Assembly: GCA_965178125.1 (NCBI GenBank)
Contig: OZ237735.1
Location: forward strand, 124,001-188,000
DNA: 64,000 nt
Origin: Bilabrum cf. latius
Taxonomy: Eukaryota
Direction of reading: 5' to 3'
The translations under genes were made by a program, and so were the position numbers. Positions 46,867 through 60,280 of the stretch are shown one piece after another. The notes beneath the pieces are model-generated. The model was not told the origin of the DNA, made no database searches, and saw only the letters and a program-made list of their open reading frames with translations. Numbering within the stretch: the stretch's first letter is position 1; every line of letters starts with the position of its first letter.

Positions 46867-48269
46867 TCACGCATCACCGGCCACGGGCTGGTCCTCGATG
46901 CCGCACTCGTCCACGCCCTTGGCGATCTTGAAGAGGCCCTCAGCGCCCCAGCTCTTGTTCCACGAGTTCTTCACCAGCCAGTAGTCCTCGCCGTTCTCGG
47001 TGCCATACCCGATCACCTCCACGGCGTGTCCGCCCAGTGCGCTGCCGGTCTGGTGGCGGTACACTCCCCTGCGAGAAGCAACAAGATGAAAGGACAAGGA
47101 AGGATAGATAAACAAGTTAAGAGAGAATTCGAGCGGCCGTCGCGTGCTTCACGGGCGGCGGCAATCGCGATCGAGCGAGCCACCGCCGTTCTATCCACTC
47201 TTCTATTCCACTCACGACTTGTACGTCAGGAAGTCTTCGTACACGGTGAAGGCCACGGTGACCCCGCCGTCCTGCACGAGGCTCTGCATCATGTCCTGCA
47301 CGCTGTTCAGCCCGTAGCTCTTCTTGGCGAAGTGCTTGTCCTGGGCCCAGGGGGTGCCGTACGCGCTGTTGGAGCACGACTTGGGGCTGGGGCAGGCGGG
47401 GGTGCTGCCGCCCTCCTGGCACGGGGGCAGCTTGCTCTGCACGTGGTGCGCGCACTGGGGCAGCTGGTAGGGGAAGCAGCCCTCGTTCGAGCCGTAGTCG
47501 CCGCCGGTCACCAGGCCGGTCTTGACGAAGTAATCCCAGGCCTCGGAGGGGATGCCGCCGTCGCAGCCGCTGGAGCCGAAGCACCCGCCGAACAGGTTGC
47601 AGCAGGAGGTGGTCTCCTGGGCGGAGAGCTCGAGGGCCACGGCGCCCTTGGTGGCGATGCACAGCCGGCCCTGGAACGTCTCGGTGGACGAGACGGCCCA
47701 GCATGAGCCGCAGCTTGCCTGCGATGCGGAGTGGCGAAGCAATGTGACCTAACGCAAGTGAAATGCTTGCGAGCTGCCTGGAACACTCGTGTTCTAATTA
47801 TAGTTTGCGATTTACGAAAGCTGCGGATCCATCTAGGCTGCACGGTGGCGCGCTTCTTACCTGGTCCTCGATGTGGCCAGTCACGTTCTGGCACACGGGC
47901 CAGTTGGAGCGGACATCAAACTGCGAATTCGGGGGGAGAGGGCGGCGACTCCAAAGAGCAGAAAGCACATGCATTCGCGGGACTCAGCGGAAAGGGAGCA
48001 GGTGGAAAATGCACACCATATCTCACGGAGTCGGGAAGCTCTACGCGTTTCTCGGGCGTCCAGACAGGAAGTTTGCTGTGGGCAGACTTTCCCTCCTCGA
48101 TCTTGGCTCCAAGCAGCTTCTTGATGTCCTCGCGAGTTGCGTTTAGGAACCGCTCGTTAATGCCCGCCTCCCAGGTTGCCTTCCGCTGCACTTCCGTCAG
48201 GAAGGCAGGAGTCATGATAGGAGATGCATACGCTGCAGTAGCCGCAACAACTGCGATCAGGCTGAGCAT
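46867..48269 (-). CDS. CTSB: Cathepsin B precursor; exons 48269-48027, 47920-47861, 47718-47216, 47068-46867
   Basis: Signal peptide and propeptide, [27 protein letters not shown], occluding loop [19 protein letters not shown]. Three GT..GCAG introns, no TAG, TGA stop. Confidence 0.95.
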
Positions 48270-48480
48270 AAGAAGACCCGAAAGCGCAAGAATGCGTCTG
48301 CTGGAGTGGTGGATGCAATAAACCAGATCGATAGTCCAAAGCAACACGCTATTTAGTTGAAGAGTTGCAGTTGGCACAAAATCTTACTTTACTGCACGGT
48401 CTTGCGGCTAGTCGCTCAGGGATAACGCCAGAATGTCGTTAGTATTAAGTAATACCGCGGGTAGCTGAGGTTTAGACGCC

Positions 48481-49698
48481 ATGAAGCTGGAATTATTGCC
48501 ACTCAGCGGCGCGCTTCGAAAGGTTGGATTCGGAAGGATGGCGGTACCAGCCAGTGTACAAAGCCAATTCTTGGCGGCGTCCAATGCATTCAGACAAGGG
48601 ATTACATAGTTGAGGTCCGCCAAGCGACCCGGTGGAATACGTGTCGCTCCATTCTAGCAAGGCGATATGCCGAACGACGAATCGAGGCCGACCTACAGTG
48701 CCAGGGACACAGTGTTCGACATCGATTGCATTCGAAGGTATGCAAACAGGCGTGAATGGCCCAATTCAATGCTGGCTGGGCTAGAGCAGCGCGTGTCTCA
48801 CAAGAACCCGATGCTTGAAGAGCTGCATCAATCCCTGCGACAACTGGCAGCCCGGTGTCTGCACGAGGGACTTCCCGAGACACCACTGAAGGACAGTAGC
48901 CGCTTGTCATAGGCTCTCCGTTAGGATATGCATTCGTTCCATTCGGTCTTGGAACTGAAGGCATATCTGGTCCCGCATGTCTCGAGCGGTACCCCGCCGG
49001 TGCAGCGGTTCGCGCCTCACGCAGACCTCAGCCTGATCACTCTGCTGCTGCAGGACGAAGGGGAAGGGGAAGGACCGCGACTGTGCCCAGGCGACGTTCC
49101 GAGCACTACAGATGGATCCAGTACTAGGCTTCAGGTGCTCCTGCCAGAGGACGAGAGACGGGAAGGAGGAGGAGGAGGAGGAGGAGGATACGAAGCCGAC
49201 GGCTGGCTCACCCTGCACCCCGCGGAGACAGCCAGAGGCACAGACACAGGGCAGGCAGAGGCCATCGTAAACGCGGGTGAATTCGGACGCATTGCCTCGG
49301 GAGGCGCGTGGCGCAATGCAATGCATCGTGTGGTGGAGGTAGCTGTGCCTTGTTCGGACCAGAGGACTGCCAGCGCCGGCGGTGGCAGCGGCAGCCATTC
49401 CGGGGTGCAGCCCGCTAGGGACACACAGCCTGACATCAGTGACGAGGTAGCTCGGGCCCGCGTGACGGCTGCCCTCTTCTTCCAGCCGCCCTGGGACATG
49501 CCGCTGGCTCAGCTGTTCGACCAAGGAAGGCACGTTAGGGACTGCCGATAGTAGGTTGGAGCGGGGCCCGCAGGGCTCTTGCTAGATGCAGATGCGAGGC
49601 TCCGGTTCAGCGACGTGCTTGGGGGCAGCGCACAGCCAATGGAAGAAGACGACTTGGTGGGGGACTGGCAGCCATTCAGCGACGTGCTCGGCCCGTGA
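48481..49698 (+). CDS. 2-oxoglutarate/Fe(II)-dependent dioxygenase (IPNS-like)
   Basis: APHADLSLITLLLQD (HxD), IVNAGE...W..AMHRV, RVTAALFFQP. One frame with TAG at 48607, 48655, 48910, 49549 and 49552; TGA at 49696. Confidence 0.8.
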
Positions 49699-49796
49699 TG
49701 CACGGGCCTGCGTGCTGCTGCTTGCAGACGACAGTCTCTTGCACAACACCCGGATCCATGAAACAAAATACGCAGTTCCAACCAACAATGACCAAA

Positions 49797-51575
49797 TCAG
49801 CTGACCGATGCTCCTTCTACACCTACGCTAGTGACTCGCCTCCTCCGCTTGCTGGCCCGTGCCTGCGATGGCGAGCGCTGAGCTACTGTGCCTGCTGCAC
49901 CTGGCGACCCAGTGCCACCCAGGCTGCCGCTGGCTGCGCTTCTACACTTCCATATAGTCCCTGTACTGGATCCTGCCGCAGCCTCAATCGATCTCTCGCT
50001 ACCAGCGTAGCCCCCTTCCCCTTCGCCTTCGTCCTGCGCCGCGAGAGCACGCCGCCCGCGCTTCTGCCCCGGGCGCAAGTGCCCCAGCCTGCCCTCAGTT
50101 GCATCCGCCTCCGCCTCGGACGCACCCCTCTTCTTCTTCTTCTTCACTGGTGCCTTTGGTCGCAGCTTTGTCCTGCCGGTGGCTTGAATTGAGCGGTCTG
50201 AGCCGCCTCGAGCCAAGGTGGCCGCACCAGACGCTTCGAGCGATGATTTAGCGGACGCAGAATAAGACGAGGAAGAGGACGATGAAGCTGGTGATTGCCT
50301 TGCGCTGGCCCTGCTGTAGGAAATACGAGCCAAACTTGGTCGCTAGGAGACACCCCGCGAGCCTGCCCCGCCATTCGTTGCCTAGCTAGCAGCATCAACC
50401 CCTGCTGGGCCACTGGCAGACGAGCTCGCACCTGCCCCAGCTGATCCCTTGCCCCTGCCTTTACCCCTGCCCTTGCTCTTGCTCTTGCTCTTGCCATCCG
50501 CCGCAGCGGCTTTCATTTCGCGCGCCGTGAATCGATCGTACTCGCTCGAGTCCATGTCTCGGATGACCCCTAGCCTCCGCTCGTACTCGCCCCACAGCTC
50601 GCCCCAGAACGCCAAGAAGCTAGTTCCACTGTCCTTGTAGGGAGCATACACGCGGTCGGCTGCAGCTGCTGCCTCCTTCATCGTGAGCGAGGACAGCCCG
50701 TGGTACTCACGTAGATGCCGCAGAGTCTCTGTGTCCACCGGCACGAAGTCGAAGTGCCCCAGCAGCTGGCACAAGGCCCGCCCAGCATAGGGGCCCACGC
50801 CCGGCCACCGGAGCACAGCGGCGAGGGCGTCATCGGCTGTGGCCACGGGAGGAGAAAGGATGGCTTCCGATATCCGCCCCGAGGCGAACAGCTCCGCCAA
50901 CTGGATCAGCCTGCGGGCCCTGTACCCCACCCCTGCCTCTGTCTTCAGCTCCTCCTCCGTGTGTGCCAAGACGTCGGCAGGGGAGGGGAAGGCGCCGTCT
51001 GCTCGCAGGCTGCACAGACCGCGATTCATGCGACGGGTGCCCGACCACGCTATGTTTGTGCACGTGATAGTCTTGACTGCGTCCTCCCACAGCGTTGGGG
51101 ACCGAAACAGGCGGCCTCGGAACGACTGGGTCTGCCTCTGCGCGATCGGCTGGCTGCTGGACGATGACGCGGCACTAGCCGCTACCGCTCGTCCCTGGCC
51201 CTAGTATATCTCCATGTATGCTCGTCGTTTCTCATCTGCATGATTCGATCCTATTCTCAGGGATCGCTTCACCTGATTGGACAGTTCTTGTCTTGTGGCA
51301 CTGTCTGCTACTGCAGCGGTTGCCGCATCCACCGATGCTGCGACTCTCAAGGCTGATCCAGAAGCATCCTGCGAGATGCATGCATGCACACATATCAATC
51401 CATTGCTGGAAGGTACCAGAAATGGCCTGCTCCAGGTCCTGAGCTCTTTGTCGTACACGTTCGGAGACAATAGAAAGTAACCGAAGGAGCAGGCCGCATC
51501 GACGAGAGAGAACTCGTCATCCTGGGGATCAATGCGAATGCAAAAGGTGGAAGAGCTGGCACCGTCTCCCTGCAT
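49797..51575 (-). CDS. HhH-GPD superfamily DNA glycosylase (AlkA/OGG1-like)
   Basis: GRLFRSPTLWEDAVKTITCTN, AFPSP, GVGYRARRL, WPGVGPYA, FVPVDTETLRHL. Three ORFs in frame across TAG 51201, 50382 and 50343; TGA stop. Confidence 0.85.
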
Positions 51576-51712
51576 GTATATCTCTCTTAGTACGTTCCGC
51601 TACAAAATGTAGAACGTGGTATATGGCTCCGAATCGCAGATTTTTTGTTGCTCCACGTGTGCTCACACTATCCGTTATTTGTAGTACGACCGCAACAGTT
51701 CTCAAATAAAGT

Positions 51713-52520
51713 ATGGCAGCTGCTGGCAGAGCCTCCGCTGGAGCTGCTAAATCGTCGGATCGCGTCGTAAGATTGTGTTTTAGTTTTTGTCCGATCTGTC
51801 GTTCAGGATACAACGCATTCTGGCATCTATGCTGTCTTTTGCCACCGCAGAGTACTGAATTGGTTGCACTCACCTATGGGGCATTCGTATCTTCCGTAGT
51901 TAGAGACGCTGAGAACCTAAGTGCCGCAAATAAGGAGCTTGGTAAAGTGTGAGGTCCATGATGCACCATTCTAATTCGCAGCTGCCTTCCTGTGAACGCT
52001 GGTTGATGCTGTGTTTTCCCGTCGTGTTACTCTTCGCAGAGGGAAGAACATTGGCACCCGGCTCGCAGATGATTTTTTGAGTCGCGGGGATCCGGAGGCT
52101 CCCGTTTGCCGGACATTCTCGGACACGATGCGAACAATAGGAGACGCGGGATTCGCCTTGTACCTTGGTGTGAAAGCGAGGGTGGCCATGCTGTCGGGAT
52201 CGGGAGGTGGCAGCGGGGCTGCGTCGGGGTCTGGCTCTGGTGCTGCCGCTGCTGGTGGGGACAAGTCGCTCGCTCGAGCCACCCTGACGCTTGCGTCGAA
52301 CCCGCTTGCGGATTTCGTGGAGCTACCTGAAGGAATGGAGTCTCTAGAATATAATAAGGTCTTGTGCGGCGCGCTGGAGGGTGCGTTGGAGCAGATCGGG
52401 TACTTGGTGGAGTGCTCGCTGCCCAAGGACATGGTGAGGGGGGATGCGACCACGGAGATCCTCGTGGTGCTCAAAGAGGAATTGAAGGATGCGGCGGGGG
52501 AGGAGTACAAGGACGAATGA
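51713..52520 (+). CDS. BET3: TRAPP complex subunit Bet3/TRAPPC3; introns 51767-51850 and 51949-52039
   Basis: STELVALTYGAFV...NKELGKVGKNIGTRLADDFL...NPLADFVELP..LEYNKVLCGALEGALE; TGA stop. Confidence 0.93.
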
Positions 52521-52633
52521 ATAAATGCATGCATAATCGGATGTTGACGCGAGCAGGCGAGCTGGGTCGTTTCGATCCTCATCTTTCAAATTGGCAACAG
52601 CCCGTTTGGCAAACGAACACAATTACACGCGCT

Positions 52634-54626
52634 ATGGAAAGGGAACGAAAGCCTTGGGACTCGTATGGCAAAGCTAGGTCTTCTGAAATGCGAATTCCAA
52701 CGGTTCCTAGGTAAGATTCTGGCCTAGTGTTGAATCGTCCGTATCAGAATTACAAACGGCAACCGCGCTGAATTTTGCCTTTTCGAGTGCAATCACCACC
52801 GCAGGATAGCCCCCCATCCTATCAGTAGCGGCATTTCTACAAGAGAATTGCCAGAGGCCAGGCTGCTCGAAGTAAGGCTCGAAGGAACTAGGGGGCGGTA
52901 CGCCTCTATATCCGTGCATTCTCACGTCACTCCCGCGATCGCTCTCAACGTGCGCAGATAGTAAAGTGCTGCCAGCATTACGAAGCAAAGTGTGCTGGGC
53001 TGTACTCGGCGAAGACTCCGGCAGCCCGATTCCTGTTCGACCTGTCGCGAGAGGTGCAGGACCTTTGCCGAGTCCTAGTCAGCCGAGAGGACCAGAGGGA
53101 AGGGCGAGTGGAGCACCTGGAGGGATCTCTAGCAGACTGGGAGGGTATTTTCTCGAGCCCATCTGCGGAGATGCAGGCCGTGGGCGTTCCGGCGCACAAC
53201 GCCAAGCCAAGCGACGTCGCCAGGGCGCTCCTACAGCAGGCAGCTGCTCGCAGGCGAGCAGAAGACGAGCGGGAAGTCGCCGCTGCATCACACCGTGAGC
53301 TGGTGGCCCGTTCGTGTTTGTCTCTTTTCCTCCCTGGATGCGATCCCATCGCACGAACTCGCCGTCTCGCGCCCCACCAGCCAGCCCCCATTCTCTCGCC
53401 AATGACCCCGCCACTACCACCACTGCAATGCACCGCACTGCACCGCAGGGAGGGAGGTCGCCTCGCTGAGGGCCGCACTCCGAGACTAGGCCGAGGCATC
53501 GCAGGCAGCTGCCGCCGCGCAGGTGGACCAGGCTCGCAGGGCCACCGCCCGGCAGGCGGACGCAGACGCCCGGAGGGCCAGGGAGGCCACGCGCGAAGCC
53601 GATGCGGCCGCCGCTGCAGCCGCAGAGGCGGCCCGCAGGCAGGCCGACGACGAGTGGCAGGCGGAGCTGGAAGCCCTGGAGGCGAGGCACGCGCGGGAGG
53701 TGGAGGAAGCTGAGAGACAGGCGCGGGCGGCCGTGCAAGAGGCAAGGGACCGGGAACAGGCCGCTAGGCGCGCCGCCCAGGAGGCCAGCCTGGCCAGGGA
53801 ACAAGCCGAGGCGAAGGCGGCTGAGTCGGAGCGGCTCGTGCGGGAGCGAGACTCCCAGCTTCAGGCCAGGGAACACCAGCACCGCCATGCGATGCAGGCG
53901 CTGGAGGGTGACGCCCGCGGGGCCCTGGCAGCCGCAGAGCAGAGGCACCGCGCCAGCATCGAGGCCGGGCGGCTCCGCCAGCTGGAGGGGCACTGCGACT
54001 GGCTGTCAAGGCGGGTGGCTCAGCTGGAAGAGCTCGTGGAGTCCCTCAGCGGGGCCCTGCGCAAGGCCGGCAAATCGGGCTTGGCGGGTGCAGGAGCCCG
54101 CTTTGGGGGGGCGCAGTCCGGCGGGGCGGGGTCTCGGCCGGTGTGGAGAGGAGCGGGGGCAGCAGCAAGGGCCGCGAAACTGAAGGGGCCTGGGCCTGGC
54201 ACGGTCCGTGCAGGTGGGTTGCTGGCGAAGGAGCGGCAGGCGGCTGCTGAGCGGCCGTTCCGTGCGAGGACAAGGCCGGGCGTGGGTGTCAAGGCGGGGT
54301 CTCGAGCTCGACCAGCGAGTGCGAGTGAGCGCCGCACCAGGGGGTTGGGCAAGGGGAGGGGGGTGCCCCTGATGGGGACCCCTGGGGGAATTGGGGGCAG
54401 GGGCCGCGGTGCCGTACTGGCATGGGTGGAGGGTCCCGCGGTGGGAGGGGACGGCGGCGATGATACGTCGGCGCAGGCCGCGGGGTCGCGCGCTGGGCCT
54501 GTGTACGCTGCTTTCGGCGCGAAGGGCGGGTCACCAGGGAGCTACCGCAACGGCGCCGCCACGACGAGCGTGGACGGGAAGCGTGCCGCTGCCATGGGAG
54601 GGGCTGATCTTGTTGTGCTGGCTTGA
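52634..54626 (+). CDS. Hypothetical coiled-coil protein; 5' exons unresolved; intron 53295-53448
   Basis: Long A/E/R/Q-rich heptad region 53450-54060. A GTGAGC..CCGCAG intron joins the 53054 and 53523 frames; TAG near 53487; TGA stop. Start and first exons are tentative. Confidence 0.55.
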
Positions 54627-54751
54627 ACGAGATGCCGAGGATGGGGCAGTGGCGTCGGATCGCTTGTTGTGCGCGGCCTCTGCGGCCAAGGATTAGAGTG
54701 TAGTATAGAGATGGCTTTGTTTGATGGATCAGCTCCCATTGCAAGCCCGTG

Positions 54752-57700
54752 TCATCGCCTCCTGTTGTGCTTGGCCCTGCTCTTGAAGGCCTTCCTGCCA
54801 GGCTTGCCCCCCTTGCGCAGCTTGGCACCCTGGCTCGCATCGCGATCTCCTCCCGGCTTGCTACTGCTCGTCTCCGGTGCCTTCCTTCGCCTGCTCAAGC
54901 TGGCATACCACCCATCCGACCCCCCCGCACCCGAGTCACCCACAAGGTCCGCGCGCACGCCGGACCGTCCCCTCCCGCCCGAGTCCCCCCCATCCTCCCC
55001 TCGCCTGACCTTCCTCCTGTGCTCCTTCTTCCGCTGCTTCTCCATGGCGTGGTCCGCCGCCCCGCCCGAGACGCCCATGGCGGCCTTCGCCTCTCTGAGC
55101 TGCTTCTTGGCTCGCTTGGCGTACACCGCCTGACCCGTCTCCGTGGCCTTGTCGAAGTTGGTCCTCTCCACCCTCCTCTTCTTGGACCCCCGCCCACGTG
55201 CCCCCTCGTCCTCGTCCCCTTCCTCGTCGTGCGACCCCCCAGCACCGCCGCCTTGTCCCCGTCTGCTTCCTCCATCCTCCTCCTCCCGCTTGGCCTGGCG
55301 CTCTCGTTCCATCTCTTCCATTTCCTTCATCGCCTCCTGCCTCCGCCGCTTCTTCCTCGACATCCGGTGGGGGGCCTTGTTCTTGAAGGCCTCCCGCGCG
55401 GCCAGGATCTCCGCCCATTTCTCCTTCTTCTTGGCCTTGTTCGACTTGGCCTCCTCCTCCTCGGCCGTGAGAGCCGCCTCGGTTCCCGCTCCCGCCCGGC
55501 CTCCCGCACCACTCGAAGCCCCTCCGTCTGCGGCCATGCCCAGCAGCAGCGCTTTGGAGTCCTCCCCACCCTTGGCTAGCGCCTCAATCTTCTTCCTGGA
55601 CCTGCTCAGCTTGGCCTCCAGGAGCTCCTGCCGCTCCTGCTTGGACTGGATCCAGCTCCGCTTGGGCCTAGACATGATTTCCGCCTCGTGGATGATCATG
55701 TTCTCCGCGCGACGGGCCTCCCGGTCCGCGATCTGCAGGGCCTTCTCCTGCCATTCCATGGAGAAGACGCTCTTGATATCCGGCTCCAGCTTGCTGATCT
55801 TGGACCGGCACTTCTCCACGGCACCGGGCGCCACGGAGCGCGACAGCACGTTCTTGCCTGCCCTCCGCACGATCTCGCGCATGAGGGTCTTCTCGCCGAG
55901 CCCTGTGCCCGCCAGGGTCACCGCCACGCCCTTCCTCCCTGCCCTGGCAGTGCGGCCCACCCTGTGCACGTACGTGGTCAGGTCCTTGGGGAAATCCATG
56001 TTGATCACCGTCTCCACGGCCGGGACGTCGATTCCGCGCGACGCCAGGTCGGTGGCCACAAGCACCCTCGCCTTGCCCGATCGGAGCAGCTCGAGGCTCT
56101 CCAGCCTCTGCCGCTGGGACATGTCGCCGTGCAGCTCCGTCACCGACTCTCCGCAGAGGCCGAGCAGCACGGCGCACCTGTGTGCCTGCCGCTTGCGACC
56201 GCAAAACACGATGGCCCTCCCCGTCTTGAAGCTGCGCCGCAGCAGGGCAAGCACGAAGGCTTCTCGCTCCGGATCCTCCTCCAGGCCTACCCCGCCGCGG
56301 CGAACCTTCACGAACTCCTGCGTCAGCCGCTCGCTCATGTCGAAGAGCGGGTCGGCCGAGACCCTGACCGCGTGCTGCAGCGAAAGCTTGGCAAGCACGC
56401 CTACCCTGTCGTCCAGAGTGGCGGAGAAGAGCATCGTCTGCCGCTGCTTGGGCAGCATGTCCAGCAGCGCCTCCAGCTCGGCGGCGAAGCCCATGTCCAG
56501 GAGCCTGTCCGCCTCGTCCAGGACCAGCACCTCGAGGTCGTCGCAGTCCACGCTCCTCGAGTTGCGGAGCAGGTCCACGATCCGGCCCGGCGTGCAGATG
56601 ACCACCTCGGGCCTGGACCGGAGCTCCACCTCCTGCACCTTCACGGAGAGCCCGCCCACTGCAAGCGCGCACCGGATGTGCGTGTGCTGGCAGATCTGCT
56701 TGCACACCTGGTGGCACTGCGTGGCCAGCTCGCGAGTCGGCAGCAGGACAAGGATGCGCGTGGCTGCCGCGCCCCTGTGCAGCATGATGCGCTCGATGGT
56801 GGGCAGCAAGAAAGCGGCCGTCTTGCCCGACCCCGTCACGGCGCTCCCGAGCACGTCCCTCCCCGCGAGCGCGTGCGGGATGGCCCGTGCCTGGATGGGC
56901 GTGGGGCGCGAGTACCCCATGTCGGAGAGGGCCCGCAGGATGGGCCGGGAGAGGCGCAGCTCCTCGAAGGTCTTGGCGTCCGTGGCGCGGAGCCCGCCGA
57001 ACAGCTGGGCCGCCTCCGCTGCCCTGTCTGCCAGCTCGTCCTCCACTCCGCCCCCTTGCTCCTGGAGGGTCGAGGAGGAGGACGAGGAGGCCGCGAGCTT
57101 GGCCGCCCTGCCCTTCTTGGGCTTTGCGACCATCTCGCGGCGAGCATCTGCGTCGCTCTTCTTCTGCTTCTTGGCCTCTCGCTTCGACTTGCTATTTCTG
57201 GCCGCTTCCGACTCGTCGTCGTCCTCTTCCGAGCCCTCGTCGCTGTCGCTATCGCTGCCGACGCCGTGCTCGCCGTCCTAATCGGCATCTTGATCCCCTG
57301 CTGCAAGACCTTCGGCTTCGAGCTTCGATCTCTTTTCCAATAGCTTCTTCTACTTTGCGGCAGCCCTGTCTTCCATTGCCTTACGCTGCAGGTTCAGCTT
57401 TTTTTGAAGCGAGGACGTGAACCCGTCGTTGCGTGCTGTGGTGGCGATTGCGCTCTCCATGCTCCAACCCGATGCAGCGGTCCCAGAGGGCTGCATCTGC
57501 TAGTATTGTCCCATGTAATTAGATTGTGCTGACGCATCGCTTTGGGTCGTTGCGGCTAGTCCCTCTAGGAACCCCAACCGGTCTGCATCTGGCCCTTCTT
57601 CTGAATCTGCACCGGCTTCGGCGGATGAACTGCTTGCCGATGCAGCCATGGTTGGCGAACTATGCAATTTGGACCGTCTTGTATCAGTTTCTTCATCATC

Positions 57701-57865
57701 TGAGCTCATGACATCGATCTGCAAGGGGTTTTCAGTGAGTGCAGCAGGTGCAAGTGCGACGTTGAGGCATCAATGGGCGTATGATAGTGCTGCTACTGAC
57801 AAAAACACGCAACCTACCTCGTCATCCGATGCAATATCTTTGATCAAGCCATCCGATAACTCCAT
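54752..57865 (-). CDS. DDX27: DEAD-box RNA helicase DDX27/Drs1 (60S biogenesis); intron 57817-57719
   Basis: PTPIQ, AVTGSGKTAAF, PTRELA, TPGR, LDEADRLL, SAT, YVHRVGRTARAG, EIMSRPKRSW. The acidic N-terminus extends through TAG 57278, 57350 and 57500 to MELSDGLIKDIASDDE; TGA stop. Confidence 0.92.
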
Positions 57866-58014
57866 CTTGACCTTTCAAGTGACTGCTTTTGCCGGCGAAA
57901 CAAGCAGAAGAGAACACTGAACACTGCAGCGAACGTTCGACAGTGCCCTTGCTGCAACTGTTGCATTGATTGGAGCATTTATCACGAAACAAGCATGTCA
58001 TACCGTGGAACATA

Positions 58015-59325
58015 ATGAAGTTATCGATCCCAACGCGATCTGCAAGATGGAAGCCCGATAGATTTGCCACTGAAGCCAGAAGACTTGGTCATCGATCTAG
58101 AGCAGCCTTCAAGCTGATTTCCCTCAACAAGAAGCACAACTTTTTGCGACGAGGAATGGCTGTTGTGGACTTAGGGGCGGCACCAGGTGGGTGGACCGAG
58201 GTGGTCGCGCCCCTCATCGAGTCTAGGGGCTCCATTCGGTCTAGCCTAGTGGGTGCTCCCTCCCAGGCCAAGGTCAAGCAGAGCTAGGATCATGTGCTCT
58301 CACCCGAGTAGCTAGATACGCTCAACAATATAATGGGGAGAGTGCCTGGCGGTACAGATGCCGGGTAGTCATAGAGGCCACGGCAGTTGCTGGAGCTGGC
58401 TGGCCTGGAAGCAGGTGCGCCTGGCACTAACGACGAGCAGGGTGAAAGGAACCCCGCCCGATTCGTTGCGCACAAGGAGGAAGAGGTCATTCCTGGGTAT
58501 ACTGCCCCGGAGATCGAGGAGATATTTTCCCACGGCCCATCCCGGGTGATCGCGGTGGACATCTTGCCGATGGCGCCCATCCGGTGAGTGGGCGAGAGAG
58601 AGAGCGAGCGAGCGAGCGAGCGAGCGAGCACAACTCTTGATGCTGTCCAGCACCTGCGCAGACAGCTTGACAGCGGCTCTGGCTTCTCGAAGCTCTCCGT
58701 ATTACCCAGATGCCACACGCCATATTTCGCTCTTACTGCCGCCCTGCCATCCGCCGATAACCCCACAATCCCCGCCAGTGACCATCTCCCGTGACCCCGC
58801 AGCGGGGCCATCGTGCTGCAGGGGGACATGCTAGAGACGAGCACCGCGCGTACCGTCAGGTATCTCCTGCCCGGGCGGGGCCGCGGTGGCCGCGCCGACG
58901 CCGTTCTCTGCGACATGGCCCACAGCTTCGTGGGCGAGGCTGGCACCGACACGATCCTGCAGCAGAGGCTGTCCACGGCGGGATGGGAGTTCGCTGAGCA
59001 GGTGCTCAAGCCAGGAGGAACGTTCCTCGTGAAAGTTCGGCACGGCCCCATGAGCTTCGACGGGGAAGGAGGGCCCGGGACAAAGGCGCGGGGCGCGACA
59101 CCGCAGGCGCAGGAGGGGTGGGAGCTCGGTGGCTCGCGGGGTGGCAAGGGCGAGGGCGAGGAGCAGGATGAGGACAGGATTCTGTCAGCGACGGAGCTGC
59201 GGGCTGCGATGCAAGCACGGTTCCGCAGAGTGCTGAGTGCGAAACCCGAGGCAAGTCGGCGTGAGAGTCCGGAGCACTATTTGCTCGGGCTGGGCTTCAG
59301 GGGGTCCGGGGGTGGGCGGGGGTGA
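58015..59325 (+). CDS. MRM2: RrmJ/FtsJ-family rRNA 2'-O-methyltransferase, probably mitochondrial MRM2; intron 58584-58802
   Basis: HRSRAAFKL, VVDLGAAPGGW, VIAVDILPM, DAVLCDMA, LKPGGTFLVK, KPEASRRESPEHY. Four TAG in an insertion (58285-58374); TGA stop. Confidence 0.88.
58594..58628. repeat. Compound microsatellite (GA)n(GCGA)n in the MRM2 intron
   Basis: gagagagagagcgagcgagcgagcgagcgagcgag. Confidence 0.85.
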
Positions 59326-59386
59326 GTGCGTGCAGGACACGGCCCGGCGGGTGTGCCGGTGCCATAGCCTGCGATCGGGAGTGAAA

Positions 59387-60066
<680 letters not shown>

Positions 60067-60280
60067 TCAAATAATAGCAGATTGCGCAATGCAGCCCTGG
60101 ACGCTTGGGCCAAAATTGCGTGTTGTGGCTGCTAGTTGCTGCCCAACGACCGAAGAAAGTTCGGCTAGGGAATTTGTAACGAGTTATTGGACAGAGTTGC
60201 AGTCTGGTTTATTGCAGCGTGAGCAACAAACCAGCCTGTTTCACTGCATTTCAAGCATTGACGTAGATATATTCCAAGTA

